From positions 9,796,001 to 9,860,000 of the forward strand of contig CM059438.1 of NCBI GenBank assembly GCA_030390025.1: a stretch of DNA of 64,000 nt. Reading direction: 5' to 3'. Positions 62,950 through 64,000 of the stretch are shown one piece after another (within the stretch, counting starts at the first letter, position 1; every line of letters starts with the position of its first letter). This DNA comes from Squalus acanthias (taxonomy: Eukaryota). Position numbers and translations under genes: made by a program. Below the pieces are notes generated by a model that saw only the letters and a list, made by a program, of their open reading frames with translations, did not search any database and was not told where the DNA came from.

Positions 62950-64000
62950 TGGAAGGTTTCCAAAATTTGCAGATCCCCAAAACCTAAGGAAAAAGGACTT
63001 TGGAACTACCTCAGAGTGATAATATTGTATTTGAGCCTAACCTAAGAGACTGTAAGACCAAAAACCAAGTTTTGGCATTTTAAAAACATGTCTGGGCCTG
63101 TAAAGGAACAAGAGGTGGGCTCAACCTCTGTAAAAGCAGTTTGGGTATTGCAGTTAATTGCAATGTCTGGGGAACTGGGATGACCTCACTCAAAGCCCCA
63201 GCAAGCATTAACATTTTGACAACAGGTCCCATCAAAACCGTTTACGGAACCCATTAAAGACATGCATAAAGCAAATATTCTATAGAAGTCCTAGGGCCAG
63301 TCAAGAAACCCAAAACACGAGGACAATTCAAACTCCGATTAAACAACAGTTCGACAGGATGGAGCTATCCTGAAACCACTTCACACATTTACAAAACCAG
63401 TTAACGCACTAGTAAAGTCGTTACTGTTAACGAGGCCTCAAATTGAAAGGCTGTTTTCTCAAGAAGGCAGTTCAGCAAGTAAAACAGTTCAAGTTCAACA
63501 GAAGGCAGTTCTGCAGTTTGGAGTTCAATTGAAAGCCTGTTTTCAGCAGAAGTCCGTGCTGGAGTTAGAGTTCAGGAGAAGCAAGTTGGGCAGTTAAAGA
63601 AGACAGTTCAGTAAGAAGGGAGTTCTCCAGCACAACAGTTACAGTTCTGCAAGAAGGCAGTTCCACAGCTCGGAAGAAGACAGTTTAGGCAGAGTTCAAC
63701 AGAAAGAATTTCAACAAAGAAGGCCAACAGCTCCAGAAGTAGGCCGACACGCAAGAAGAGACCAGAGCGACCGCCTCAGTGACCATTGGACACCTCGCGG
63801 CAACAAGGGCCTTATGAAACTTTTTACTCAAAAGACTCTAAACCCTAACTCTCAACTGTCAAGGATTCGTTTGGTGAGCATTATCCCTGGTTCTCCAGAG
63901 TCCAACCTAGCTAGTGAAGTGGGATTGGGAGGGGTGAAGTATTCTCCTAATGTTATTTCCCTCGCTTGTACCGAAGTGTTCCCCACTTTTAGAGTGTTGA
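62950..64000. mobile_element. Unclassified insertion, possibly an LTR, running off the window
   Basis: The CR1 stops abruptly after gaggagagg and new sequence starts with TG. No ORF; internal degenerate repeats. Confidence 0.45.

Noticed and set aside
63460-63690. CRISPR-like repeat/spacer pattern
   Set aside because: Repeats are only about 12 bp, degenerate and irregularly spaced.

Overview
Eukaryotic, AT-rich, repeat-dense vertebrate DNA, almost certainly a shark/elasmobranch: it carries an HE1-type V-SINE, SacSINE1-like Deu-domain SINEs and many CR1 LINE families. The only host gene I can support is SHOC2 (LRR scaffold of the SHOC2-MRAS-PP1C complex) on the + strand. Six GT-AG coding exons (16430-36652) match human exons 4-9 in length, phase and sequence; the earlier exons were not found in the window. 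A long, TE-poor probable 3' UTR follows. The rest is a layered TE landscape: CR1 and L2 LINE fragments, SINEs, Tigger/pogo, hAT and PIF/Harbinger MITEs, and a decayed two-gene Harbinger element with a young CR1 (intact 955-aa EN-RT frame) inside it. One old CR1 near the end carries four nested insertions. The most notable signals are: (1) a Penelope-like insertion forming a ~720-bp near-perfect hairpin with a minimal hammerhead-ribozyme motif in each arm, a ~34-bp tail and a 14-bp TSD; (2) a U-UUA-AAC slippery heptamer directly before the ORF1 stop in three separate CR1 copies, with ORF2 in the -1 frame and no AUG before its endonuclease motifs, which suggests programmed -1 frameshifting. All calls come from reading the sequence by eye; family names and human comparisons are from memory and were not database-checked.
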